Source: Parasitella parasitica NRRL 2501 (taxonomy: Eukaryota > Fungi > Mucoromycota). Taken from it: DNA of 64,000 nt. Below are positions 38,317 through 51,554 of this stretch, piece by piece. The position numbers were made by a program, and so were the translations under genes. The notes beneath the pieces are model-generated. The model had not been told where the DNA came from. It did no database searches and worked only from the letters and a program-made list of their open reading frames with translations. Location of the stretch: the NCBI GenBank assembly GCA_025201805.1, contig MU619315.1, forward strand, positions 27,350-91,349, written 5' to 3'. The number at the start of each line of letters is the position of its first letter. Position 1 is the first letter of the stretch.

Positions 38317-38672
38317 TATAATATCACAAACACCATAGCATTTATCATTTACTTGAACTTTTCTTTTCAAAAACCATAATAAGTCTGCAATAGGCTTCCC
38401 AGCCTGTATCGATAATTATTTTAGATGAAAGATTTCAAAAACAAATCCTAATCACAAGACATACAGACAAAGGTCAAAACACACAGTTTAAAAGAGTTTT
38501 GAGAATAATCCCTTGCATATTCAGACGTAAAAGGTTGGGAAATAGGCTCAACAGAACAAAGGCCAACCTCAGGAACGGATCTGCTTCTAACTTTCAGTCA
38601 CACGGCACAACTGTTCTTGGTTTACAAATCTAGGTATCGAGTCGTAATTGATTATAAACCTTCTTTAATAAA

Positions 38673-40085
38673 ATGGCAAAGAAAGGGTCAGTATTCGGAG
38701 GCCTTCGACAATTTGATGGTTATGCTAAAACCTTGGACGACTTTCGCGTAAAGACCACTAGTGGTGCATCAGGTAACTACTATAGAAATTATGTGTTGAA
38801 TGCACTTATTGAGCTCTTAAACCGTGGTTTAGTAACTATTATCAGTACGCTTATTATTATTACGCTCGTGTGTTCTGAATTACTCGCATACACCACTCCA
38901 CATTGGAAGCCAAGCCTAGTAGTCGACAAAACTAGAAAAAAAAAGATGCCAATCTACTTCAACATTACATTTCCCAACATGCCTTGCCATAGTAAATATG
39001 CCAAAAGAACATGCTCGGTGATTGCGATTAACATGATGTCCTTGTAGTGCTCAATGTAGATGTTATGGACGCTATGGGGGAACATTCACCAGGTTATTCC
39101 CAAGATGTAATGAAGGTTAGACTTGATATGTCTGGAGTTCCAGTTGATTTGGGAGAGTCTGTTAGTAAGTAAGATTTAATACGAATGTGAAAAGCTGGTG
39201 CTCATGCTGTTTTCAAGGGTTGGGAGACAAGACACCGGGAGTGTTACAAGCCCTGGAGCCAGCAAAAGAATGTGGAAGCTGCTACGGTGCAAAAGCTTTA
39301 CGTGACGATGGCTGCTGTAATACATGCCAGGAAGTGCGTGAAGCCTACGTCAAGATGGGTTGGGGTATGGTAGATGTCAAGATTATCGATCAGTGTGTGC
39401 GTGAAGGTTGGCTTGAACGTTTCGAGACGCAATCTAACGAAGGATGCAATATTCACGGCCATCTACTGGTAAACAAGGTCAGAGGCAACTTTCATATTGC
39501 GCCAGGAGATGCTTTCCAAACCAACACTATGCATGTTCATGATCTCAAAGAATTCAGCGCTGGTGCTCCAGACGGCCGCAAGTTTGATTTATCGCACACC
39601 GTTCACAAATTGAAGTTTGGCCCTGATTCTAAAGACGAAACCAAAGCTATTTTGGCCGTGACGGATGCGTTAGCAGGTGTCTCAAAGACAGCCGGCGAAG
39701 GTAATAATAGCATACATCATTGAATGCGATACTTCATATTGACTCAATGGCGGATTTAGGGCGCACGGTATTCCAATATTTTGTCAAAATTGTGTCGACA
39801 AAGCTCATTCCTATTTCTCGGATTCCTTTATTGACAAATCAATACTCAGTTACTCAAAACGATGTCGAAGGAGCTAAAGGAGGTCTGCCTGGCGTCTTTT
39901 TCATGTTGGAAATTTCACCAATGCAAATCATTTACAAGGAGACTCGTAAATCTTTTAGTAGCTTATTGACGGGTGTATTGGCTATTATTGGAGGCGTCTA
40001 TACCGTGGCTGGATTGATTGATCGGGTAGTATACAGAGCAGAGAAAGCATACAAAAAGAAAGTAGAAATGGGGAAGACTTTATAA
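38673..40085 (+). CDS. ERV46: ER-Golgi vesicle protein Erv46/ERGIC3
   Basis: FDGYAKTLDDFRVKT, CGSCYGA, CCNTC, EGCNIHG..VNKVRGNFHIAPG, LPGVFF, AIIGGVYTVAG. Confidence 0.95.
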
Positions 40086-40242
40086 ACATCTATACCACTG
40101 AAAAATAAATTGACGCCATTGGTATACATGTGGGATCAGCTTGGTGTCTTTTTATGATTTACGTAGAAATCTTCCTTATTATTATTATTCCGCTACCAGT
40201 AGAAGCAGTGTTTATATATTCAACTTGCATGACATGTCTATT

Positions 40243-42411
40243 TTACAATCTTTCCTTGACCCAGCCCTCCAGGCCATTAGCTAACCAAATTTCTTGGACA
40301 CTCTTTCCAAGAGCACCTACTTTGTACAATTTCTCTTGACCATTGTCTTTGCGAACAACTACCTTGCCTTCAGCGACATGGATATCAACATTCCAGCCAG
40401 TACGCTTTGTTAAATTTGCAGTACCAACCTCAGCCTTGAGGTCGTTCACAAGCTCAGGGGATTCAACCAATAGCAAGGCATTGTTAACAGAGTTGCGCTT
40501 GAAAATGTCAGAATAGGATCCTGCAATCATAATTTGAATGTCTCTAGATTTGATGGCGGTGGCAGCTTGTTCGCGAGAAGAGCCGGTACCAAAGTTGAAG
40601 CCACCAACCAACACATCACCACTTTGCACAACATTGACAAAGTTAGGATCGTAATTTTCCATGACAACTTTCTTCATGTCATCTGTGGTCATGTCATCGT
40701 TGTACGTGTACTTTCCAGGGTAGATGCCATCAGTATTCAGGTTATCCGCAGGACAGAATAAAATCTCGCCTTTGATAATGGAGGGGAAATTGGGAAGTAC
40801 TTCGGGAGTAACAGCTTCCTGCTCTGAAGATGATTTAGGGTTATTAGTCTTAATGCTGAAGAAGGGTGTCTGACTTGAGCTGGCAGAGGCTGGACCAGAA
40901 ATGCGACCCGAAAGAGCTGATGTAGCAACTACAGCGGGAGATGCCAAATAAGCCAGGGCACTAGGAGATCCCATACGGCCCTTAAAATTACGGTTGGTAG
41001 CTGAGATACCGATTTCACCATCCTTCAAGAGACCTGTGCCCAAGCCAACACAAGGACCACAGCCAGCAGGTAATACCTTTGCACCAGCGTCTACCAATGC
41101 TTGCCAATCTCCAGCCTCTTCTGCTTCTTTCTGAACTTCTGAGCTAGCAGCAGCAACGTAGAACTCAACGCCTTCCTTGATCTTTTTGCCTCTCAAAACG
41201 TCAGCAGCTTGCTTGAGATCACTAGCACGGGAATTGACACACGAAACCAAGTAGGCTTTATTGATCTTGATATCTTGAGCCTCGAGATCAGCCAACGCAG
41301 TGGCTACTTTGACAGAGTTAGGGCCGGAAACATGGGGCGAAAGAGTAGAAAGATCCAAAGTAAGAGTTTTGGCATAAGTTGCATTAGGAGATGGCTTGAT
41401 AGGGCTATCAATCAATGACTGGATAGTGCTGTCATTGATACGAGGGTGGACGAATTCTTGGCCTTGTTTGAGCTTGGGTAAATTCTTGTTCTCGAAATGA
41501 GACAAATCAATGCGTCTTTGACGCTTGCGAAGGAAATCGATGGTAGATTGATCCACAGGGAAGACACCGGCCAAAGCACCCCACTCAGTGGTCATGTTTG
41601 AAATGGCTAAACGATCTTCAACAGACAAATCTTTCAAGGCCTCCTCACCGTGAAATTCAATCGCAGTATTCAAAACTTGGTCCTTGTTGAATAAACCACA
41701 CAAGGTTATAATAACGTCTTTACCTGTGACACCAGCAGGTAATTTACCTTCAAGTTCTACTTTGACGACAGGAGGGATCTGCCACCAGGTACGACCAGTC
41801 GCCCAAATAGCAGCAGCGTCGGTGCGAACAATGGGAGTACCAAGAGCGCCAATACCGCCATACATGTTGGAATGAGAGTCTGAGGCGACAGTCAAAGTGT
41901 TGGGGAATGCATAGCCTTCTTCAATCATAACTTGATGACCAATACCACGACCAGCAGGGTAAAAGTCAACACCCTGCTCCTTGCCCCATGCCTCAATGTT
42001 GGCATATTTAAGCAAGTTTTTGTCTGATTTGTTTTGCACGTCGTGATCCAGGGCATACACAGGTTGCTTAGGATCATGGATCTTTGTAGCGCCAATCGAT
42101 TTGAACCTACATTGATTACTTAATACACCAACGCATCCAACTTGGTATCCAGACGATACTTACTTGGGAATAACAGCACCGGTGTTATCATGTGTAAGGA
42201 CATGGTGAGGACGAATTGTCACGTAATCCCCACTCTTGACTTTATATCCTTCGGGCAGATCTACTGCATATTTTTGTACAATTTTTTCAATCAAATTTTG
42301 AGTGTCTGTTGTGTCGGTAGCGTAAGTTCGATTGAAAAGGACATTTGGGGTCAGTCTGCCTGTTGTTTTGGTTGTTCTGAGCAAATTAGCTCGAGAAATC
42401 GAAAGGAGCAT
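40243..42411 (-). CDS. LYS4: Homoaconitase, mitochondrial
   Basis: [58 protein letters not shown]. Confidence 0.97.
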
Positions 42412-43459
42412 GGTTAAATAAGAGTGGGGAGTATAAGGTCGAAAAAATGAAAAGAAATCAAAATGCACAACAACTAAAATATTAGTTTATAAAACCAGAT
42501 TAGATTATCCATCAGTGTAGAAGACTCCAAATATGGTATGCGACATCTCTTACTAGATGATCAGTGTGCGCAACATCGGAGATATTGGATCACGCCAGTT
42601 GAACTTTTGGTCTGTATGACACTGGACATTGATCAAAACGTTTTTGTTCCGTTTACTCTATTGTTTGCAGTTAGTAAAACCGACCAAATATCCAAAATCG
42701 AAACGAAGTTTAAGTTTTGATGACACAATGCTGAGAAGGATATAGCGATGAACTCATACTATAATCCAATCAATAAAGGTTTTTAATTTGACCAAATCAA
42801 AATCCTATGAACACCTGTGCATGAGAGGATGATACCTACACATTATAATTGCCAAAAAAGCAACGCATTCAATCCTTTATTCGTTATTCTTTGACTAATT
42901 CGAATATCGGCAGATCCTAAACGAGGGCTCGTTGTGGCTTTCTTTTTTTGATTTTTAACGATATATGGATACTTTGGCTGATGATTATATAAAAGATGGA
43001 GAGCAGGAGGAATTGAGCATTCCAATTTGAGTGAAGCATGGATAGAGAAAATAAGACACATTGAGAATGATTCTTTATCATGTTTATGTGAAATTATGGC
43101 TGTAGATTTACAGAGGAAGAGGTATGCTTCTTCTTCTTTTTTTCTTTTTTTTTCTCTCGCAGAGTCAATGCCATTGAGGAAAAAAAACAGTTTTAAATGT
43201 CAAAACGAGAGGTTCTTGCAGAAAGTATACTCTTAAACAAGTTGACCGAGTCAAAAAGAATACTACTGCTGTATTAGATGAGCTAAAATTAAAACTTTGA
43301 GGGTATGAAAATCTCCATTTCTGCCGTTCACAGACATGTCTTTACCTTGACGCAAACATTTTTTTTTTTTATCTCGGCGCAAAAGACTGTGCGGAAATTT
43401 AGCTGAAATGGACGTTCCGCTTTACATCTTTATTCCTTTCACTTTAATTGTCTGTCAAA

Positions 43460-43798
43460 ATGTCAGATACCTATACCCAGTTGACAAACAGAAGGTCCTA
43501 TGACATATCAGAAACCAAATTAAAGAGAGCTCTGGAATATAATGAACGATTGAAGGAACAGTTGGAATTACCACGTATCCCGGTTTCTGAGGCATCTGCC
43601 AGGTAAAATAAAACAAAGACAAAATTTACGCTTTGACGTTTATCTGATTGCTTGTCAATTAGCTTAATTGAATACTGTAAATCAACTAAAGACCCACTCC
43701 TTCCCTCGATATGGGGACCTATCAGTAAGGAAGACGATCCATTTGCGCCGGCCGCAGGAAGAAGTGATGGAAGCTCTGGCTGTTGCATTGTAATGTGA
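43460..43798 (+). CDS. Heterotrimeric G-protein gamma subunit, 2 exons (missed by the ORF track)
   Basis: SETKLKR...[36 protein letters not shown]; ends CCIVM (CaaX plus palmitoylation Cys). Confidence 0.93.
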
Positions 43799-43874
43799 TT
43801 TATGTACATTTTATTTATTCAATTTGATTTGGACTTTTGATATAATAACGTCTTAATAATTACGCTATTGTTTT

Positions 43875-46430
43875 TTACTTTCTACCATTAAAAATGTAAT
43901 ATACTGCCATTATGACTTGCTTGGCTGACATATAGAAATATGATACAGTATTTCCAATAATGGGAATAGTATCTTCGTTGCCAAAGAGTCCGCTTATTTG
44001 TTGAAAGATAAGTTTGGCCTTTGTGTCCTTGGTGAATTGAGCTAATATTCTTTCAACGTAGCTCTTGCCCAAACGAGAATTTTTACCATCCTTCATAGGT
44101 AGCCAACATGGTCAATAATTTTGAAGCCGAGGCTCCAGAATTGTTGTAAATAGCCATGGAACAGTATCACAAGTTAGAAACATATAAGCAGGAGGTACAT
44201 CTTGAACTGAGTGCTTTAAAGTCAACTACTGAGATTGTTCAAGCATTGTTTGAAGTTGCTCAGCTGTTGCAATAGACTGATCTGCCTTAAAGCGTTTTGC
44301 TGATTCAGAAGCGACTGGTGGATGTGTTGTTGAACTTGAGGAAGTTGCTGGTCAAAACCAGCGATCCGGCTGGGTACTTTATTTTGAGAGTCAACAATAT
44401 GAGGGACGAGGCTTTCGTATTCTTGTAGTCGGTCATTGGTAGGAGTATCAATTGGCATATTTGACTTTTCTTGGAATAGTTTAAATTGGGATGAGAGAAA
44501 CAAGTTGTTCGATGAAGGGAGAGTGTTGACAATATGGTTTTCTTTTTTTGAGAGTGAGATAGGCAGCTGCATCTTGTAAAATGATCCCTGATTAACAATT
44601 TTAAAAACCCTCTTTTTGCAGCATCTATGGTCTTGTGCACGGCTGCTGCTCGCTTTTGCCTTTCTTTTCCTTTTCCCAAAGTCGATTGACTTGCATTGTC
44701 TTCTACAATTTCTTCAACAAATTCAGCCTCATCATCTTTTTCGTAAAACTTATTTTCATTCATCTGGTTTATTTCATCCAAACATTCTTTTTTTTCAATC
44801 GGAATTACTCTCCCCAAAGCAACCCTCAATCCAAGAGAAGACTTCTTGTTGCAGTTCGATGGGAGGATCTACTCTATTTCTTCCAAGTACGAATGACTTT
44901 TTATAAAAACCAGCCATACCACGAGCAAACTCAGATGGCACCCTGCCTAGGTAATGAGTCTCCAGACGACCCAAGCGATCCTTCCATCTACTGCCTTTTT
45001 TTTATGATATCAGTGGGAATACCAAGAAATTCAGTTTCCATAGCATCAGCATGACGACCACCATGCGTAGCTCTATTCGTATGAATTCCATGCTCCAAAA
45101 AGATTTTCTTTGTTGCATTGTACTACTGGACACCACTTATAACGTCTTCTTTGTCTACAAGTACTTTAAAATTATGCCATCTTGCGTCGTCCAGGAACGC
45201 GGGCTGTTCGTTTTCAGACAAAACAAATACAAGTACAAGTTCAATAATCTATTTATGAAAGCTTTTTTTTTATAGTTGCCTGGAGTATACTGAACATGTA
45301 AAACGCAAACGCACTAAAAGCGCATTTGTAGAAATTGTAATGCCTCATAACACACGCAAATTTTATTTCACCATCCTTCAGATTACCACCCTTGTCCAGA
45401 CAAAAAAAGGCAAGCAAAAACTTGTTTTACAACTTTCTTATGTTGCGTGCGCGAAATAATAGTCGAAAAACAATCCGAGAAATTTAAATTTCGTAAATAT
45501 TGATGATGAAGACGCATGTGGTGTCGAGCAGAAATTGAAAAACCTCTCCCGCAAATGCAATGGGCAGCTCTATTGGCATTTGTCTGTACTTGATCGTAAA
45601 TCAAGTTTGCGCCATACTGTTTGATTATGTTTTTCGCCTCTTTGCATATTTTTAGAGATGGCCGTGTTATTCCTCTGGTAGCTACTTGATACTCATGCAA
45701 AGACATCAAAGTCTTCTTGTACTGGTTTACAGTCTCAATGCCAATAGGTACTTGAAGTTTTTTTTTTTGCTTTTCCAGATTTATTTGTTGGGGCATCTTC
45801 TGTCACTATAATTTGAGTGTTAAAAAAAATATGCAATAGTATATTGTAATGCAATACTTACAGTCAATCAATCTGGTTGATGGTCCAGCATCTCCATCAT
45901 TTTGCAATGACACTTGCGTTCTGACGTCTGCGCCGATTGTTACATGTCTTGTGTACGTTTTCTTGAATGCACATTCGTTAATAAAGGCTGCTACTTTAGC
46001 GGGCGGACCAACAGTGTAAGGATGCAAAGTATCTTCGCCAAATCTATCAAGTTCTAAAGTTTGGCAGTATTCCTAATTCATATATATATTTAGTGCGTTG
46101 TTTTTGAAAAAGTACACCAACAAAACTTATTATGTCAATACCTTCCAGACAGCCAAAGGCATTCGATAAGCCAATTCGGTACTTGGCCGCTTGTTTTTCA
46201 AAATGTCTTGAAGTACAAGAACAATTTCATCAACTTGCTGGGAAGCACCAGTATTAGTAGGAATAATGGCAGAAGGAGCAGCGCTAGTGGCTTCGCTTTG
46301 AGAGGCTTCAAAGGGACCATTTCGACACGAGCCTTCTTAGGACAACCACGGCGAGCTTTTTGAACCGAAGATTCACTTTCTTTGGTGCAAACCAATTTCT
46401 CAATTGGCAAAGAGGTAGATTCAGGCACTT
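43875..46430 (-). mobile_element. Pseudogenised Crypton-type (Ndc10-like) tyrosine recombinase element
   Basis: GIETVNQYKKTLMSLHEYQ, LRNLNFSDCF, THGGRH (HxxR) near 45050-45068, then after a frameshift RWKDRLGRLETHYLG (W, Y) and FARGMAGF...DPPIELQQEVFSWIE; several frameshifts. Confidence 0.8.
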
Positions 46431-46918
46431 GTTCTGAATCAGAGCTAGATTCAGGAGTACCACGTTTAATGAGACGTCTCTTTCCTTGATTAACTGGTAA
46501 AATTGGTAGTTAAAAATAACTTACAGATAGTTTACAGGCGAAATAAATCAAAAAGTTATATATCGCTCGCTGGCCAGCATTTATAATTTTTTTGACTTAA
46601 TAATCCTGAAAAGTTAGAGCTGCCACATTGATTTATTTTCCGGGTTTCAGTATTATTAACTTTTGTATTTAATAATACCAAATAACACCAGTAGATCTTT
46701 TTGGTAGATTTCAGTATACAGAAACTATTTTAACAATTTCTGCTACTGTAGTAGACGTCAAGCTCTGCTGGAGCTTGACCTATCCCAACCCCGCAATATC
46801 TACGAGTTACATCATCATGGGTTGTGTGCTTCTTGGCCCCCCTATTGGAAGCGTTTATTTTGATAATCTTTTGTTTTCCACTTTCCAAAACTAACATTAT
46901 ATATCATATCGTATAACA

Positions 46919-47201
46919 ATGGCTGAAGGTCTTAAAGTTGATCCCGCAATCGAGCGTTGGGCTTCCATCCGTGAAAATACTCATCTTTACTTTGCTTGGA
47001 ACAAGAGAAATGTTAGACGTTCATTGTTCTGGGGTATTGCTATCCCAGTTGGCCTTACTATTCTCTCTTATGGCACTGACGTAAAATTATTAAATAGCTA
47101 TAATATATAAACATTACCTAACCTTCAGTTTTATTATATAGCGTAAATGGAACTTTGCAGCTGCTCAAACAGCCCGAGATTTGACTCCTGAAAAGAAATA
47201 G
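46919..47201 (+). CDS. NDUFB4: Complex I accessory subunit B15 (NDUFB4-like)
   Basis: DPAIERW...RENTHLYF, one TM helix; exon 2 RKWNFAA...KK*. Confidence 0.8.
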
Positions 47202-48249
47202 ATAACTTATTTGAGATGAATCAATCTCAAAGCAATAAATACACATATAAACACATGATTATCGTCACCATTGCTTCGTAATAGTAGATATGTCGAATTC
47301 AACAAATTTCGCAATAGCTTTGACAACATAATGTACGATTATATATGATGAGGATGATTCTCAATTGACAAGCAGGATTTTCCATTACACTTCGCACCGA
47401 CAATCAATTTTTGGATAAAATTAATCGTTAGTGGGTTTTGTTGAAATGTAATTATTAAATGCATGTGCCTTTGCAAAAAATCTCCTATAATGTGTTCTGA
47501 GTAACAGTGATATAATCATGGCAAGGACGAGGGAAATCTGTCTTAGCGAGGGCTGCTTTGAATCGCTCGTAAATTGCTACATTAACTCGGACAGTATTCA
47601 AAGTCTTGAATATTGGGAATTTGAAATTTAGGATTGCATATTGAGATAACCATGGTAGACGAGCAATATCCTAATAGGTGTAAGATGATTACAAAATAAA
47701 TGTACATGAACCTTTTTCTTTTCGCTCTGTTCTATGGATATGATACACAATACCAAACAGTGTCGTGGCATTATTTTTGACACTTGAAGACACTGGATTA
47801 ACCCTTATTATTACTACTCGTAGTTTTCATACGAATAAACAACTAGTACTGCACGAAAGCTTCAAACAAAAGAACATCACTTTGAAAAAAAATTGTTTCC
47901 TAGTTGAACATTTTTTTTGAAAATCCAAGTAGTAAGTGCATGTCAAATCGATTACTTTGATCAGGAAATCGGGTTTAATTATATCAACAACAGCAAGCTT
48001 GATAGTTTATGATAATTAATTATCAAGAAGCGTTGTACGATTAATGCAATGATAGACTTGATAGGCTATTATTTACTCTATGTATAATAACAAATGACCC
48101 TTTCTCTAAACAATAAAATTTTTCGTTTGTGTCGCTCAGCAAATTTACACTTATTGATGTTAATGCCCAAGCTGTTCAATTTCATCGTCGCCCCACACTT
48201 TATGACGACGACCTCTTTTGCAGTTATCTTTTTTTCTAATAAATGTGAC

Positions 48250-49404
48250 GAAGAAAGGTATACTTGTGGCATCAAAAATACCTACTTTATAGAGCTGTGG
48301 AATTGATATTGACGTGATATCATCTCCAGAAAGATATTTTTACAGCTTAAAAGCAAAAACGTTAGCTTGATGAGCCATTTTTTTGATTAATTTTCATAAT
48401 CAAAAGTGCCCTGAAAACACGAAAAATAGTATCCATTGGTAAACAACTATATTATATATGATTTTGGTGCAATTTGAGCATGATTTTTTTTTCGATGCAA
48501 AATGACGGATTTTTTCGATTTTTTCCTTGTATCCACACATCCAAAATCATCGATTATGCATTATCCTCGATTTAGACCTCAAAAATGCGACTTTTTACTA
48601 TAGCATATATTTGAGGAAAATGATCGTAAAAGACCATTCCTTGATCTGAAAGACTAAAAATGTGCTCTGATTAAGCAAAATATTGACTTTTCCCTCTTGA
48701 TATGTTTTGAGGTTTTCTCAGCATAATTTCTTTCATAAGCATATGGGGATTATGAAATTATATCATCGTGTAGAGCGCCCAAAAATACAGCTATTATCAT
48801 AGACTGACAGCCGTGGTATGCATAGTATCAAAGAATGATATCTTGCCTCAAAGAAGTAATTTAGTGTTCGAAATATCCAAATGGAGTTTTTGAAAGAATG
48901 TTTTCTTTCTGATTTTGGACGCGTTTAATCTCCGCTATCAATGAAAAATGATGCTATTTTGAAGAAAGCATTAGCTTTGAGAAGCCACAAATTACCCAAT
49001 TCAAGAGAAAACAATTTCAAACTACTTTATTTAAATGGTGTGCTTTTTGGCTTTCTAATGGTAGTACTTGCATGTTTGTACCTGGCCTGGCGATCTCACG
49101 CTCCGATTTTGAAAAAAACTTTTCCGAAAAAAAGTCAGAAAAGTCGTTACCTTCATCTGTTGTCGACTTGAAAAGTACAAAAGCTTGCTCTAAGCTATGC
49201 AAATATGTAATCAAAAGGTGTCTTATAGTCCAATAGATTACTTTGAATTACTTGTTTTTGTGTCTGAAATCGCTAAGCATTGTTTTCTTACAGTTTTTGT
49301 CTTTTTTCCTGACAATAGCACACTAAAGTTCGCGTAGGCCAAAAAAAAAACAGACGCTTAAAATCTACGCTGGCTTTACAAAGACACAAACTTTTGAACC
49401 ATTC
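48250..49404 (-). repeat. 1155-bp dispersed element, copy 2, inverted relative to copy 1
   Basis: Near-identical reverse complement of 36038-37192; two substitutions seen near 48863-48866. Confidence 0.93.
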
Positions 49405-49534
49405 AAGGATCAAAAGCTTTAGCAGTTTTAATTGAGATACTGCATAGTTTATGTTTATGAAAATCGGCAAGTATATATTATTATGATGATGACAATTCAA
49501 GATGTTCTTGAAATGACCCTTGTGGTAGATACTG

Positions 49535-51554
49535 TCATGCATGTTTATGAAAGCAATTGTTGCAGTATCCTGTTTTGAAGACATTCTCGATAAATTCATT
49601 GCACTCACATTCAGTGCACGGCTTATCCAATGTGGAGGTAGGGGATACTTTTTGATGTAGTTCATGCAGTGATTGTGGTTTCGATTGTGATGGTGATGGT
49701 GGTGGTAAAGCTGTTGCTGGTGCAATTGGTAATGGTTCTTCGACAAATCTACTCGGTGATCTCATAATCAAAGGTGAACTAGTGCTTGATGGTATAGATT
49801 CTGTATTGAGATTGGTACGTACAGCCGTAGGTGGTGGAGGCGGTGGTGGTCTGGTCGCAGTAGATCGCTTCCGTGAAAGACTACCAGAACGTAATGTTGT
49901 CACTGTTGGTGATGAAGTTGTGACAGGAGGAGGAGGGGGTCGTCTGACAGTGCCTGGAGAATTGACAGAGCTGTTACGACCACGCTCACCGATTGTTGGT
50001 GAGCTGTGAGATGCATCCAACACACGAGGATTGGCTAAAGAATGTGCACTAGTGCTCAATTCAGGAAGAGAAGCTTGTTGATATTGAGGTAATTGTAATT
50101 GTTCCAAAGGAGATATTTCATTATCAAAGACAGGAGTGTCGTGTCTTTGTGGTAAAGGAGGAAGTGGCTGCGTCTGAGGGTCATACTCCTCTGTATAATT
50201 TACTGGGAAAATACCTCGTTTTTGATGGATTTCTCCCAACCACCAGCCCACATCTATCTCTTCAATAACTGCTACAACATCACCAGTCTTAAAAGAAATT
50301 TCATCCTCGTTTTGTCCTTTAAAATCAAACATTGCTCTTCTATATTTTGTATGCTCAATATCTGCCGCTATAAAACAAAGCAGATTTAGTTTCCACAGCT
50401 ATTATGTCAAAGCAAGACATACAGTTTCTAGTATCCAAACTTGACTGTGGTAGTGGTGGTGGCACTCGCTTAGGTAATGGGCGATCGACCATGTCACTGT
50501 TGTTATGGTAGCTCATTGCTGCAGATGCAAATGTATCTGCGCTGTTATCTCTACTCATTTTTATGGATGATGGCTGATCGCGATGATGAGAAGAAACGTT
50601 GTCGGTTGATATTGAATGATACGACTCCTCTGACGACTTCCTTACAATAACCTTTCCTAAAATATTATCAGGATCAGGATTCGCACCCTCACCCCAATTT
50701 TTTTTGAGTGACTCTAGTAACTCTCTTGCTTGTGTGTGGTACGCAGATTGGGCTTCAATCATATTAAAAAGTGCATCTCTGTGTTCATTCTGCAAAGAGA
50801 ATTATTTTTAAGCAATTTCGTCATATTACGTAATAATTGTTGCAATTACCTCAAACTCCTGAATATATGCCATTTTTTGAATCAAATCATGCTCTGTATC
50901 CTCATATTTGATCCTTGATGCCTGCATTTCTTGTTCCAACTCTGGCTTTTCCTTTTTGGCTTTATTGAGTCTATTCAGCTTTGAATCGTAATCTAATCTA
51001 CGAGATTCCAGTTTCTTGCGAAGCGAATCGTATTCCTTGTATTCTTGTAAGCCATTTTCCAACGTTGTCATGTAACCCATTCGAACATCATTAGCTAGGG
51101 CCTCCTGAAGAGCAGCAATACGAGTTTCTGTCTGACCTAGATGAATCAAAGCGATACCTTTATGATAATGACAATGAGCCAAATATATTGAAAAAGGTAG
51201 AATTTAGCAACTAGTCACCTAATGCAGAATCGTCAGGAAACACAGTGCCATAATGCATCAAGCATGAACCAAGCGATTCTAATGGCATTAGCTTAGTTCT
51301 TCCATCTTCAGGGGATGGCTTTCTTTTGAGCAAGTAAGATTCTACACCATATAATGCTTCGACTACTTTTTCATAACCTTCTCTGCGGTGCTCTGTTTCC
51401 TGCTCCAATCTCTGAAAGTCTTCAGTCTGTAACGTTACTTTGGCTCCGCCAAACTTTTCTCCTGTCCACTGAAACAACACATACGGTCAGCGGTTTGGTG
51501 ATTTTCTCGATCAATACACTTTACCTGCTTGAACTTTCCGAGGTTTTTAATCAT
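49535..51554 (-). CDS. BAR-SH3 (endophilin-like) protein with Pro-rich region and C-terminal Cys/His motif
   Basis: MIKNLGKFKQWTGEK, RKKLESRRLDYD, SH3 FDFKGQNEDEISF..GWWLG..GIFPVNY, C-terminal CTECECNEF..N.FK..YCNNCFHKH. Confidence 0.88.

Noticed and set aside
42716-42792. Box C/D snoRNA candidate upstream of LYS4
   Set aside because: Only 7 nt between C and D' and no recognisable guide.
47345-47415. Possible sn/snoRNA (ATGATGA box C-like motif and AATTTTTGG Sm-like site)
   Set aside because: No matching D box, terminal stem or snRNA homology; such motifs are common in AT-rich DNA.
36038-49404. One 13-kb giant transposon with 1.15-kb TIRs carrying cargo genes
   Set aside because: There is no TSD at the outer ends, and copy 1 sits inside a Tc1 element whose right TIR lies within the interval. 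Two independent insertions fit better.
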